A DNA stretch of 64,000 nucleotides from positions 13,495-77,494 of the forward strand of contig CAMDDW010000006.1 in the NCBI GenBank assembly GCA_945893185.1. Reading direction: 5' to 3'. The stretch is from Akkermansia muciniphila. GTDB taxonomy: Bacteria > Verrucomicrobiota > Verrucomicrobiia > Limisphaerales > UBA9464. Under the pieces are notes generated by a model. It did no database searches. It was not told the origin of the DNA and saw only the letters and a list, made by a program, of their open reading frames with translations. This document shows positions 1 to 8,868 of this stretch, piece after piece. Position 1 is the stretch's first letter, and the number at the start of each line of letters is the position of its first letter. The translations under genes were made by a program, and so were the position numbers.

Positions 1-545
1 TAGAGCCCCAAGGTGAGCGTGGGCAGCACCGCGTTTTGCCAAGGCCCCCACAGCGCCACGGGAAACCACCCGAGCCACAGACCGAAAACCAATACCAAAA
101 GAGGCCCTAGAACAAACACGGGCACGCAAACCCCCACCAAAGTTAGCCCCGCTGCGGCGTAATCCGCCCAACCACCCCGCTTCAACGCCGCCAGAGCCCC
201 CAATGGAATCCCTAAACCGATCGCCACGCCAAAGGCCATCGCTCCCAACGACAAGGATACCGGCACCGTCTGACCCAGCAGGTCGTTGACGGAATGGTCG
301 CGGTACTTGAGCGAGGGCCCGAGGTCTCCCCGGATCACATTCCCGAGGTATCGCTCGTACTGCCGCCAGAGAGGTTCATCCCAGTGATAGCGTGCCTTGA
401 GGGCTGCCTCGGCCTCGCGGGAAGCCGGCGCGCGCTCCCGATCGAAGGGACCGCCCGGGACCGCCCGCAGGAGAAAAAAACTCAGCGTAGCCACCATCCA
501 AAGCAGAACGGGAATTAAGGCCAATCGCGCCATCCAGGGTCTCAT
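1..545 (-). CDS. ABC transporter permease, oligopeptide/dipeptide (OppB/DppB-like), 3-prime end cut by the window edge
   Basis: Absent from the ORF track because it runs off the window. Manual minus-strand translation from the ATG at 545-543 gives MRPWMARLALIPVLLWMVATLSFFLLRAVPGGPFDRERA...GDLGPSLKYRDHSVNDLL...GWFPVALWG, typical of the N-terminus of peptide ABC permeases. The start overlaps the stop of the upstream SBP gene (ATGA). Confidence 0.8.
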   Translation of the reverse strand, partial: MRPWMARLALIPVLLWMVATLSFFLLRAVPGGPFDRERAPASREAEAALKARYHWDEPLWRQYERYLGNVIRGDLGPSLKYRDHSVNDLLGQTVPVSLSLGAMAFGVAIGLGIPLGALAALKRGGWADYAAAGLTLVGVCVPVFVLGPLLVLVFGLWLGWFPVALWGPWQNAVLPTLTLGL

Positions 546-2230
546 GGGCGGATCCTCCTCATGGAAAAGAACGGGTGCTCATCCATCCGATTGGGCCAAA
601 TTCCGCCAACTTTCCGGGGATCGGCCGCATAAAGTCCCACATGACTGTAGAGGCCGGTCACCGGCACGGCCTCTACCACGAGAAGGGTCTCGGCCTCCCG
701 AAGGATCTCGAGCCGACGCTGGGGATCGGCCTCGGCAGCCGCCGCTTGGAGCAGTCGATCATACCGAAGATCTTTCCATCCCGTCCGATTGTTGCCGCTG
801 TCGGAGAGGAAGCAGTCGAGGAAGGTCATCGGGTCATCGTAATCGCCGACCCAAGATCCGCGGATGAAGTCGTAGTTCAGCGCCGACATCTCGGTGAGGT
901 AAGTCTTCCACTCCAGCGGACGCAACTCGACCCGGATCCCCAGGTGTTCCCGGAGCATGGACTGGATTTCCACCCCGGTCTGTTCATAGATCCTCGACCC
1001 GACATTGAAGGTGTATTCAATGGCTGGAAACCCCCGCCCTTCTGGATACCCAGCCTCGGCCAGGAGACGTCGTGCGGTCGCCGGGTCGCAAGAAAGGCCC
1101 GCCGGGGGTTGGTATCCTCCGGTTCCGGCTGGCGTCACCGCGGCGCTGGGTCGCTCGCCCATCCGAGTGATGTGCGCCGTGATTCGGGATCGATCCAATG
1201 CCATAGCCACGGCGCGGCGAACACGGGCATCCTGAAAGGGTTTGCGCGTGGTGTTGAAGCGAATGAAGTCCTGACCCAAGTAATCGAAGCGGTGGAAGTC
1301 GGGGCGAGCGGCCAACTCTGGGCCCAGCTCGCCAGGGATAATCTTCCGGTCAGAAATGAGGTCTACTTCGCCGTTCAGGAACAAATTGAGCGCGGTCGAG
1401 GGATTGTCGCCGCTGAGTATGTCGATGCGTTCGGCCGTCACCTGGGCGGCATCCCAATACTGGGGATTCCGGCGCAAACGGAACCGATCGTTCACTCGCC
1501 AACTCAGGAGTTGATAGGGACCGCTGCAGGGCAAGGGTTCAGCGCGAATCCAATGATCGCCCCACCGTTCTACGGCCCGCCGAGGCACCGGAAAAAACAC
1601 CCGGGAGGCCATCAATTCCAAGAAGTAAGGCGTCGGATTCTCGAGATGAACACGGACCGTGTGAGCATCGAGTGCCTCAGCTCCCAACTGGGAGGCATCG
1701 CGAAGTTCACCATTTACGATGGCTCGACCCTTCCGAATACAGAAGAACTGGCTCGCGTAATCGGCCGCCGTCGCCGGAGTGACAGCCCGTCGCCAGGACC
1801 AGACCACCTCATTGGCCTCAATGGGTTCTCCAGTGGACCAGCGCGCTTCCGGCCGCAGAAAGAACAAATAGGTTAACCCATCGCTGGAAATCTCCCAATG
1901 CGAGGCCAGCCCCGGCATCGCCGTGCCGTTGGTGGGATTAAACCGGGTGAGACCCTCGAAAAGCGCGGAGGCGATACGCCCATCGGCCTGACCCGTTAGA
2001 ATTTGCGGATCGATGGTCTCTGGCTCCGGACCGTTGTGTAGGACTAGATCGGCCCGTTCCAACGGCGAGCAACCCGTGAGAACCCACGCACCCACACTCA
2101 AAACCACGCCGAGAGCGCGAACCGCGAGCCAGGGCCTCAAGGATTCAACCAGCCCGGCCCACCAATGCAGGCAACAAAAAACCCCCGTCTTGCGGACGAG
2201 GGCGTTTTGTTGAACCAAACTGTGGATCAC
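542..2230 (-). CDS. ABC transporter substrate-binding protein, family 5 (peptide/nickel, OppA/DppA-like), probable lipoprotein
   Basis: 562-aa ORF. Family-5 SBP-like sequence throughout (NGPEPETIDPQ..., FNPTNGTAMPGLASHWE, RRNPQYWD). Lipobox-like LTGC after a hydrophobic N-terminus. Lies directly upstream of the permease. The ORF-track start is a GTG and the true start is uncertain. Confidence 0.85.
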   Translation of the reverse strand: MIHSLVQQNALVRKTGVFCCLHWWAGLVESLRPWLAVRALGVVLSVGAWVLTGCSPLERADLVLHNGPEPETIDPQILTGQADGRIASALFEGLTRFNPTNGTAMPGLASHWEISSDGLTYLFFLRPEARWSTGEPIEANEVVWSWRRAVTPATAADYASQFFCIRKGRAIVNGELRDASQLGAEALDAHTVRVHLENPTPYFLELMASRVFFPVPRRAVERWGDHWIRAEPLPCSGPYQLLSWRVNDRFRLRRNPQYWDAAQVTAERIDILSGDNPSTALNLFLNGEVDLISDRKIIPGELGPELAARPDFHRFDYLGQDFIRFNTTRKPFQDARVRRAVAMALDRSRITAHITRMGERPSAAVTPAGTGGYQPPAGLSCDPATARRLLAEAGYPEGRGFPAIEYTFNVGSRIYEQTGVEIQSMLREHLGIRVELRPLEWKTYLTEMSALNYDFIRGSWVGDYDDPMTFLDCFLSDSGNNRTGWKDLRYDRLLQAAAAEADPQRRLEILREAETLLVVEAVPVTGLYSHVGLYAADPRKVGGIWPNRMDEHPFFSMRRIRP

Positions 2231-2631
2231 TTTACGGCGGGGGCAGCAGGAGCAGCAGCAGGAGAGGCAGGGGCCTTCGGGGCCGCGTTGGTCAGGGAGA
2301 TGAGAGCGTTGGCTGCGGAAGAGGAAGGAGCTGTAGCTTCGGAGCGGCTGACCGCATCGCGCACCCCTTTGGCCGCGGAACCAGAGCTGTTCTTCATGTT
2401 ACCCAACCAAGCCAAGAGGATGCATAGGCCCAGAAAAATGCCGCCGGTCCACTTGGTGATGCTAGTCAGCGCGCTACCAGCACCGGCACCCAATAGGGTA
2501 TCCACTGCGCCGGAACCGAACGCCATGCCCATGCCTGCCTCTTTCTTGGGGAGTTGGATTAGAACTAGCAGACCCAGAAGGAGGCACACCAGTACGAGGA
2601 GGAAACTCAAAAGACCAATCAGGATACCCAT
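2227..2631 (-). CDS. secG: preprotein translocase subunit SecG
   Basis: Internal ATG at 2631 of ORF 2227..3051 gives MGILIGLLSFLLVLVCLLLGLLVLIQLPKKEAGMGMAFGSGAVDTLLGAGAGSALTSITKWTGGIFLGLCILLAWL. This has the SecG two-TM architecture and G-rich loop. It sits in the conserved tpiA-secG position. The longer ORF would overlap tpiA. Confidence 0.85.
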   Translation of the reverse strand: MGILIGLLSFLLVLVCLLLGLLVLIQLPKKEAGMGMAFGSGAVDTLLGAGAGSALTSITKWTGGIFLGLCILLAWLGNMKNSSGSAAKGVRDAVSRSEATAPSSSAANALISLTNAAPKAPASPAAAPAAPAVK

Positions 2632-2674
2632 GATATTAAAAAGTTGGGGGAGGAGTTGAAGTCGGAGAAAAGAC

Positions 2675-3439
2675 TCAGATCGAGTTTTTGATAATTTCCA
2701 CGAAACCCTTGGATTCCAGAGAAGCACCACCGACCAGCGCGCCGTCGATATCGGGTTGCTGGAGCAGTTCGCGGGCATTGGAGCCCTTAACACTGCCGCC
2801 GTACTGGATGCGGACGCGGCGGGCAATGGCCTCACCGTGCATCGAGACGAGCACCTTGCGAATGAATGCGTGAACTTCTTGGGCCTGAGCGCTGGAGGCC
2901 GTCTTGCCGGTACCAATGGCCCAAACCGGCTCGTAGGCCAGCACTGTCGATTCCACCTGCTCGGCCGTAAGACCTGCCAGGCTGCCGCGGAGCTGAGTCT
3001 CGACCACCTTCTCAGTAATGTTGGCCTCGCGCTCGGCGAGGGTTTCGCCAACGCAAACGATCGGGATCAGGTTGTTTGCGTGGGCATTGGCGGCCTTCTT
3101 GGCGACCAGGGCGTCGGACTCTTTTTGGAACTGACGGCGTTCGCTGTGACCTAAAATCACGTAGCGCACCGACAACTCACGGAGCATGCCCGGGGCGATC
3201 TCACCGGTGAAGGCGCCGTATCCTGAGTCGCTGAGGTTCTGAGCACCCAGACGGATATTCGAACCCAACACGAGCTTGGAGACGTCGGAAAGGGCCGTGA
3301 ATGCGGGGCAAACCACCACATCCACTTCCTTCACCGCGGCCAGCTCGCGAATCAGGTCCATGACCAAGGCCACGGCCTCGGAGTTGGTTTTGTTGCTTTT
3401 CCAGTTACCAGCAACGATCAATTTGCGCTCTTTATCCAT
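2675..3439 (-). CDS. tpiA: triose-phosphate isomerase
   Basis: From the internal ATG at 3439: MDKERKLIVAGNWKSNKT...VILGHSERR...AYEPVWAIGTGKTAS...YGGSVK, the canonical TIM motifs. Confidence 0.95.
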   Translation of the reverse strand: MDKERKLIVAGNWKSNKTNSEAVALVMDLIRELAAVKEVDVVVCPAFTALSDVSKLVLGSNIRLGAQNLSDSGYGAFTGEIAPGMLRELSVRYVILGHSERRQFQKESDALVAKKAANAHANNLIPIVCVGETLAEREANITEKVVETQLRGSLAGLTAEQVESTVLAYEPVWAIGTGKTASSAQAQEVHAFIRKVLVSMHGEAIARRVRIQYGGSVKGSNARELLQQPDIDGALVGGASLESKGFVEIIKNSI

Positions 3440-3596
3440 GCGAAGCAGAACAACAATATTAGCCACCGCCCCGTTGGCGTAAAGGGGGAAAAGGCACCCA
3501 ACCCGCCAATCCGCGACCGACTTCAGCCGACATTTGCGAAAGGAGGCGGATCTCCGAGACGCCCGCACGTTACATTGGTGCTTCCGGATCACCGAC

Positions 3597-3663
3597 CGCC
3601 CGGTGAGGGCACCGGGCCTACAACATGTCCAAATCGCCCGGTGAGGGCACCGGGCCTACAACA
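3597..3663. repeat. two tandem copies of a 29-bp hairpin-containing repeat (period 38 bp)
   Basis: cgcccggtgagggcaccgggcctacaaca occurs at 3597-3625 and again at 3635-3663. Each copy holds the 7-bp inverted repeat cccggtg/caccggg. It lies immediately downstream of the pilT stop (3668) and upstream of tpiA. Confidence 0.75.
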
Positions 3664-3667
3664 CGTT

Positions 3668-4750
3668 TCATTTGCCGTTCGGCTTGAAACGATCGGGGTC
3701 TCGGGCCCGGGAAATCGCGGCATCGTAAGAAATCAAACACTTCGAGTAGAGGTCGTAGAGACAGTTGTCCATCAGCACCGAACCATCCCGGCCGCCCAAC
3801 TGCATAATCGTGTAAAGTTGATGCAATTGATTCTCGCGAATCACCGACCGAGCGGCCGCAGTCATCATCAAGAGCTCGTAGGCCAGGACTCGGCGAGTCC
3901 GATCGATGGCAGGCATCAGATCCTGGGCGATGACGCCCTGAAGAGAATTGGCCAACTGCAGCACAACCTGTTTCTGAGCGCTCCCCTCGAAGATCCCGAC
4001 GATCCGCTCCAGCGCATGCATCGCGCTGGGAGCATGGAGCGTGGCCAGCACCAGGTGCCCGGTTTCCGCTGCGGTGAGCGCGGTCTGGATCGTCTCGTGA
4101 TCCCGCATCTCGCCGATGCAAATAATATCGGGATCCTGCCTCAGGGCGTGGATGAGCGCATGGTTAAAGGACCGCACATCGGTCAGCACCTCCTGCTGCA
4201 CCACGATGGCCCGACGGTTTTCATGAACTCGTTCGATGGGATCTTCAATGGTCAGGATCTTGCAGCGCCGCTCCCCATTGATGAGGTCGACCATGTAGTT
4301 CATGGTCGTGGTCTTGCCCGCTCCGGTGGGGCCAGTGATCAGGATTAACCCGTTGGTCTTACGAGCCAACTCATCGATGCGTGGAGGCAAGCCCAGCTCC
4401 TCCCGGGTCGGAAAGAGTTTTCCGCAGAACCGGCAACTCAGCTCAGTGACCCCGTTGCGCCGGTAGAACGTGACCCGAATCCGGCCGGCGACGCTGTGGC
4501 GGATGGAAATGCACAGTTCCCAGAGCTGATCGAGCTTCTGCCGCTGCAAGTCGGTCAGGAGCGATTGGGCCATGACTTCGCAATCCTCGGGCGACACGGC
4601 GTCCTCATCAGCCAAAAGAATCTCGCCGGTCACCCGAAAGGCGGGCGGAACTCCCACGATCACATGCAAATCGGAGGCACCCATCGACACGGCTTCGATG
4701 AGCAGTCGATCCATCCGGGAGTGGATGGCGTCGGCGATATGAGGGTTCAT
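3668..4750 (-). CDS. pilT: type IV pilus retraction (twitching motility) ATPase, PilT family
   Basis: 360 aa. Walker A GPTGAGKTTT, TIEDPIE, Walker B/Asp box ILVGEMRD-like (IICIGEMRD), His box TGHLVLATLH. Length and motifs match the PilT/PilU family. Confidence 0.9.
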   Translation of the reverse strand: MNPHIADAIHSRMDRLLIEAVSMGASDLHVIVGVPPAFRVTGEILLADEDAVSPEDCEVMAQSLLTDLQRQKLDQLWELCISIRHSVAGRIRVTFYRRNGVTELSCRFCGKLFPTREELGLPPRIDELARKTNGLILITGPTGAGKTTTMNYMVDLINGERRCKILTIEDPIERVHENRRAIVVQQEVLTDVRSFNHALIHALRQDPDIICIGEMRDHETIQTALTAAETGHLVLATLHAPSAMHALERIVGIFEGSAQKQVVLQLANSLQGVIAQDLMPAIDRTRRVLAYELLMMTAAARSVIRENQLHQLYTIMQLGGRDGSVLMDNCLYDLYSKCLISYDAAISRARDPDRFKPNGK

Positions 4751-5523
4751 AATCTATGAAATCGTCGAAAAACACCGGTGCACCGCTCCAGTAAGCCGGG
4801 GCGCTGAGAACGGCTCAACCCGTCGCTTGCCGCCAGGGAATCGGGCTGGATTTGCCAGGCCTGAGTAAAGGAAACCCGGGCCTCGTCATGAAAGCTCAGC
4901 AGAAGCTGGCAGTCTCCCGCGAGGAGCCAGGGCGAAATCTCACCCGGGGCCAGACTGCAAGCGTCCCGGGCCGATTGCAGCGCCTTGGCGAACTGACCAT
5001 GGAATCGGCGGATCCTCCCGGTCAGCCAGGCGCAGGTCCAGTCGGACGGAAGAACACTGCGGGCCCGTTCGAAGCAATGGTCGGCCTGTTTTTCGCGGCG
5101 CGACAAGAACACGTCGCCCCGAGCCAACCAGACGTAGGCCGAATCACCCCGCTCCTCGATGCTGGCATCGGAAAAGGCGATGGCATTGTCGTGGTCTCCC
5201 AACCGGCCGAGCGCGACCGCCTTGGCGGCCAACAACTCCGGCGCCTGCGGAAATCGCTCCAGGGCCTTGTCGGCCCACAACCGGGCTTCGCGGAATTCGC
5301 CCAACTCAATCAAAGACCGCACCTGCCCTGCCCAAGCCGGAACGCTCGTCGGATTGTGCTCGAGCACGCGGGCGAAAAGCCGCAGGGCCAATTCGAAGTC
5401 ACCCAGGCAGAATGCGCGCTCGGCCTCCGACGACCAGTGTGTCTCTCCGGCGGCCGGCCGCAGAGACTGCTGCCCGGAAGAGTCCGGCCCCGTTTCGAAT
5501 TCCAGTTTTCCAAAGCGGCTCAT
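4747..5523 (-). CDS. TPR repeat protein
   Basis: Internal ATG at 5523 (MSRFGKLEFE...). TPR-like helices (AERAFCLGDFELALRLFARVLEHNPTSVPAWAGQV..., EFREARLWADKALERFPQAPE...). 4-nt ATGA overlaps with both neighbours. The longer ORF-track version would overlap the upstream gene. Confidence 0.75.
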   Translation of the reverse strand: MSRFGKLEFETGPDSSGQQSLRPAAGETHWSSEAERAFCLGDFELALRLFARVLEHNPTSVPAWAGQVRSLIELGEFREARLWADKALERFPQAPELLAAKAVALGRLGDHDNAIAFSDASIEERGDSAYVWLARGDVFLSRREKQADHCFERARSVLPSDWTCAWLTGRIRRFHGQFAKALQSARDACSLAPGEISPWLLAGDCQLLLSFHDEARVSFTQAWQIQPDSLAASDGLSRSQRPGLLERCTGVFRRFHRL

Positions 5524-6473
5524 GGCTGTGTTTGATCGTGGAAAAACCATCGGCCATAGACCCGACCTAGGAAATCGGAATGTCGCACCGCCGACATGCG
5601 GTGAAAGGCCTCTGCAAAGGTTGCATCGGCATTGCGGCGGACTCCGCCGACCATAACGCCCTGCCGGGGCACCCGCACCGTAGGCCAAACAAACCATTGT
5701 CCGGGTTCCACCACTTGCTCGCCCTCCATCGGCATGCCCTCTAAACGCGGCACATCCCGGCCATTGACTCGCACCGACTTCGGCGTGAAGACGATCCGAT
5801 CGCCCGGAAGCCCAAACACCCGTCCCAGGATCGGCCCCTGCGCGAAAACCCAAGGATTGTCACCCCAAGGTTGGCTGCGGAACCCCTCTTGATGAAATGC
5901 GATCGAATCTCCGCGCTGCACGTCGCTGGCACGGACCCTCGGGTTGAACACCACGGTTCGATCCTCAGTGGTGATTCGCAAGGGGGTGGCCACGCGACGC
6001 CGGAACTGATCGAAGCCCGGCATGTAGACCAACGAGTAGTAAATCGCCCAGCACACCAGCGGCAGCAGGATCCGCTCGGCGAGGCCGGCCGGGTGGCCCT
6101 GGTTCGCTTCACGCTGACGGAGCATCAGGAAGGCCAGTCCGCTGGAATGGCAGGAAGCCATGCCTCCCATAAACCATCCCATGGTCGGATGGCACAGCAA
6201 GATCACGGTGGCCACCGCGCTCAGCCACCAACCCGCCAAGAAAACCCGGCCCAAGGTCCGCTGACCCAACAGCACATAACCCCGGCCTGGGATCAGCGAT
6301 GCCAAAAACCACTGGAAGCCCGTCAACTCCAACCCCATCCCTTGGCCTAACGGGCTACTCCTCCACATCCGCCGGATCGACAGCCCGAAACGATCGAGTG
6401 ACTGGCCTAGGCGCGGGGAGATCCACCGACGCCCAGCGCGCGGCGGGTAATAGCTTGAGGTCTCGGAATCCAT
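5520..6473 (-). CDS. polytopic membrane protein with C-terminal S26 (signal peptidase I)-like domain, probably non-catalytic
   Basis: 317 aa. Hydrophobic N-terminal half. The C-terminal half carries box-C/D-like RGDSIAF and LGRVFGLPGDRIVF...VRVNGRDV...VEPGQWFVWP. I see no SMxPT serine box, and the position of the catalytic Lys (K-R-x-x-G-x-P-G-D) reads G-R. Confidence 0.6.
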   Translation of the reverse strand: MDSETSSYYPPRAGRRWISPRLGQSLDRFGLSIRRMWRSSPLGQGMGLELTGFQWFLASLIPGRGYVLLGQRTLGRVFLAGWWLSAVATVILLCHPTMGWFMGGMASCHSSGLAFLMLRQREANQGHPAGLAERILLPLVCWAIYYSLVYMPGFDQFRRRVATPLRITTEDRTVVFNPRVRASDVQRGDSIAFHQEGFRSQPWGDNPWVFAQGPILGRVFGLPGDRIVFTPKSVRVNGRDVPRLEGMPMEGEQVVEPGQWFVWPTVRVPRQGVMVGGVRRNADATFAEAFHRMSAVRHSDFLGRVYGRWFFHDQTQP

Positions 6474-6494
6474 CCGCCGAAGAAGTTGGGAACC

Positions 6495-6695
6495 TCAGTG
6501 CTGCTGCTTGTTGTGCAAGGTCACATCCTCGTCCGGTTCGTAATATCCAGAGGTGTGCCGCAATTCTTGGGTTTTTCCGATCATCTGCTCGAAGAACCGG
6601 AGGACCTCGACACACCCTTTGCCTTGGAACCCTTCGACATGGATTTCGACCTCTCCGGTGGGGCCGATGGTGATTTCGTATTCGCGCGCTTTCAT
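6495..6695 (-). CDS. DUF2997 family small protein
   Basis: 66 aa: MKAREYEITIGPTGEVEIHVEGFQGKGCVEVLRFFEQMIGKTQELRHTSGYYE. It matches my memory of the DUF2997 pattern: short protein, I-x-P-x-G-x-V then G-x-x-G-x-x-C, then T-x-E-Y-Y. It sits next to a DUF1257 gene, as is usual. Confidence 0.7.
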   Translation of the reverse strand: MKAREYEITIGPTGEVEIHVEGFQGKGCVEVLRFFEQMIGKTQELRHTSGYYEPDEDVTLHNKQQH

Positions 6696-6750
6696 GGGGC
6701 TGTTGGTCGGTTGGAATCTACTGGGGGGATGACTGTGTCAGGACCGCACT

Positions 6751-7224
6751 TTAATTCTGCCAATGTCGGACCCGGAGACGGATGGACTGATTCTGTTCTA
6801 CGGTCTCCTCGACCAAATCCATCCCCTTGCCTGCCATCTCGGATTTGAGCTTCGCCAACACATAATGCTGCACCGTCCGGCCGGCGATCTCATCGCCGAT
6901 GGCTCGGAGTTGCACCTCGGTTAAGCCCTCTCCGGTGACACACACCGAATCGCGCCCGCGGGCATCACGGCTGAACTCGACATTCACCCCGTCGCGAGCC
7001 AACTGGATCTGCTGATCCCGACCCAACGTGCCCGTCACGGCCGAGCAGTTCGGCACATCGAGGGTCACGGTATTCGAACCGGCACGGAGGTCCTGGTTCA
7101 GGCCTTGTTGGGCGACCTCTCGGGCCACGCTGAAACCCATCGACACCGCCGCCGAGGCGACTGCGGCGCTAATGGCAGGCCAAGAACTAACGACGATGGG
7201 AGCAATGATGGCGACAGCACTCAT
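6751..7224 (-). CDS. DUF1257 (Ycf35-like) domain protein with N-terminal hydrophobic segment
   Basis: 157 aa. The C-terminal part, VQHYVLAKLKSEMAGKGMDLVEETVEQNQSIRLRVRHWQ, resembles the conserved DUF1257 C-terminus. The N-terminus MSAVAIIAPIVVSSWPAISAAVASAAVSMGF is hydrophobic. Confidence 0.65.
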   Translation of the reverse strand: MSAVAIIAPIVVSSWPAISAAVASAAVSMGFSVAREVAQQGLNQDLRAGSNTVTLDVPNCSAVTGTLGRDQQIQLARDGVNVEFSRDARGRDSVCVTGEGLTEVQLRAIGDEIAGRTVQHYVLAKLKSEMAGKGMDLVEETVEQNQSIRLRVRHWQN

Positions 7225-7302
7225 AGATTAGTGGGAATTGTCAGGACGTTATGAAGTTGGACCGGGCTGGTTCGGATTCGTCACGCAAGATCGGACCTTT
7301 TC

Positions 7303-8868
7303 TCAGAACTCCATCTTTCTGGGCAAATGTTCCCCCAGACCCGCGTTGCGGGGAGTGCTGGCATTGCGCGCCCGACCCTCGGCCCAACTGCGGAGTCGGT
7401 TGATTTGCTCATCCATGGTGCGGGCCAGCGGGACGGTTTGACGGATAGAATTCAGGACATGCTCGGTCGTCAGATCTCCGCCATCGTAGAAGGCCTCGTA
7501 CAAAGCGCTGTTGATGGCTTCTTCAATCTCGGCACCACTGAAGTCGGTTGAGGCTGCCGCCAAGACGGGTAAATCAAAGTTTTCGGGAAACCGACCCCGC
7601 CGCCCGATGTGTACTTTAAATATGTCGGCGCGCTCGGGTTCTGCTGGAAGATCCACGAAGAAGATCTCGTCGAGGCGGCCTTTGCGGAGCAACTCCGCCG
7701 GTAAGTGCGAGATATCATTGGCCGTGGCGACGACGAACACCGGCGCATTCTTCTCGCTCAACCAAGTGAGGAAAGTACCGAAGACGCGGGCGGCCGTGCC
7801 CCCATCACTCGAACCACTCCCCTGGGAACCGGAAAAGGCTTTGTCGATTTCGTCTACCCACAGGATGGCCGGGGCAACTGACTCGGCGACCGCGATGGCC
7901 CGGCGCACGTTCTCCTCGGACGAGCCCACGAGGCTACCGAACATCCGCCCCATGTCGAAGCGCAGCAACGGCAACTGCCACTGGCTCGAGATTGCCTTAG
8001 CGCAAAGGCTTTTGCCGCACCCCTGCACGCCCAGCAGCAGCACTCCCTTGGGGAACGGCAAACCGAAGATCCGCGCTTCAGGCGAGAAGGCCGATGACCG
8101 TTTAACCAGCCAGTCCTTGAGAATGGTCAGGCCACCCACGCTGCTGAAGTTCTCGGTGGTGGCGTAATACTCCAGCAGGCCGCTCTTGCGGATGATTTGC
8201 TGCTTCTCGGCGAACACCTCGTTGACGTCGTCTCCGCTGAGGCGAGCGTCCTTAACGATGATCTTGGCGAATACGTTCTCAGCCTCGCCCAGCGTCAAAC
8301 CCAAGGCCGCTTGCAGCAACCGATCCCGGCCCGCCACGTCGAGATTAATGACCACTTCCTTGATAGAGCGCACATCCTCCAGAATTCGATCTAGCAACGC
8401 ACCCAGGTCTTCCTTAGTGGGCAGCGGGAAACTCAAGACGGTAATTTCCTTGTCCAATTCCGCGGGAATCTCCAGCAGCGGCGACACTAGGATGACCGTC
8501 TTAAAACTGTTCTTCAGGTTCAGAGCGATGTCCTTGAGCTTACGGATGACGGCGAAATTGGACTTCGCCAGGAACGGATGAAAATCCTTGAAGAGGAAAA
8601 TCGCCGGTTCCACCTGTTCCAGCACCTGGTCTAGAGCGGCGAGTGGGTCTTTGGTGGCACCCGAGCGTCCCTTCTGACTCTGGATACTCGCACCGGCCAA
8701 CACGATGCCCGTGGAATAAGACCACTCGAAGGCCTTCTTGCCCCGGCGGGCGGCGATGTCCATCACCACAGGGATCACGCGCAGCTCCTCGCTGGTCTGA
8801 ATATAGATCAGCGGATACCGAGCTCGGATGAGCACCTCGAGTTCAGAGGCAAACGTGTTGGAGGTCAT
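7303..8868 (-). CDS. AAA+ ATPase (classic AAA clade, single ATPase domain with about 250-aa N-terminal domain)
   Basis: 521 aa. Walker A GVQGCGKS, Walker B ILWVDEIDK, second region of homology ATANDISHLPAELLRKGRLDE, C-terminal helical lid (FSGAEIEEAI). Confidence 0.9.
   Translation of the reverse strand: MTSNTFASELEVLIRARYPLIYIQTSEELRVIPVVMDIAARRGKKAFEWSYSTGIVLAGASIQSQKGRSGATKDPLAALDQVLEQVEPAIFLFKDFHPFLAKSNFAVIRKLKDIALNLKNSFKTVILVSPLLEIPAELDKEITVLSFPLPTKEDLGALLDRILEDVRSIKEVVINLDVAGRDRLLQAALGLTLGEAENVFAKIIVKDARLSGDDVNEVFAEKQQIIRKSGLLEYYATTENFSSVGGLTILKDWLVKRSSAFSPEARIFGLPFPKGVLLLGVQGCGKSLCAKAISSQWQLPLLRFDMGRMFGSLVGSSEENVRRAIAVAESVAPAILWVDEIDKAFSGSQGSGSSDGGTAARVFGTFLTWLSEKNAPVFVVATANDISHLPAELLRKGRLDEIFFVDLPAEPERADIFKVHIGRRGRFPENFDLPVLAAASTDFSGAEIEEAINSALYEAFYDGGDLTTEHVLNSIRQTVPLARTMDEQINRLRSWAEGRARNASTPRNAGLGEHLPRKMEF

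Noticed and set aside
575-1876. 433-aa plus-strand ORF antisense to the ABC substrate-binding protein gene. Similar long shadow ORFs occur at 3575-4348, 9111-10256, 32245-33102, 37435-38268, 44611-45696, 51544-52509, 60434-61285 and 61936-62736.
   Set aside because: Each lies fully inside, and antisense to, a gene with clear family motifs. The translations are Arg/Pro/Gly-rich low-complexity strings, typical of antisense frames in high-GC DNA.
2632-3051. N-terminal extension of the secG ORF. Analogous extensions occur in ORFs 2675-3592, 4747-5853, 10343-11200, 18181-19713, 19556-21088, 26111-27112, 32155-33333, 33531-34862 and 51532-54741.
   Set aside because: The extensions overlap the neighbouring gene or an intergenic repeat, have no family similarity, and an internal ATG reproduces the canonical N-terminus of the family.
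3597-3663. Possible CRISPR-like repeat.
   Set aside because: There are only two copies, the spacer is 9 bp, there are no cas genes, and the repeat itself is a simple hairpin.
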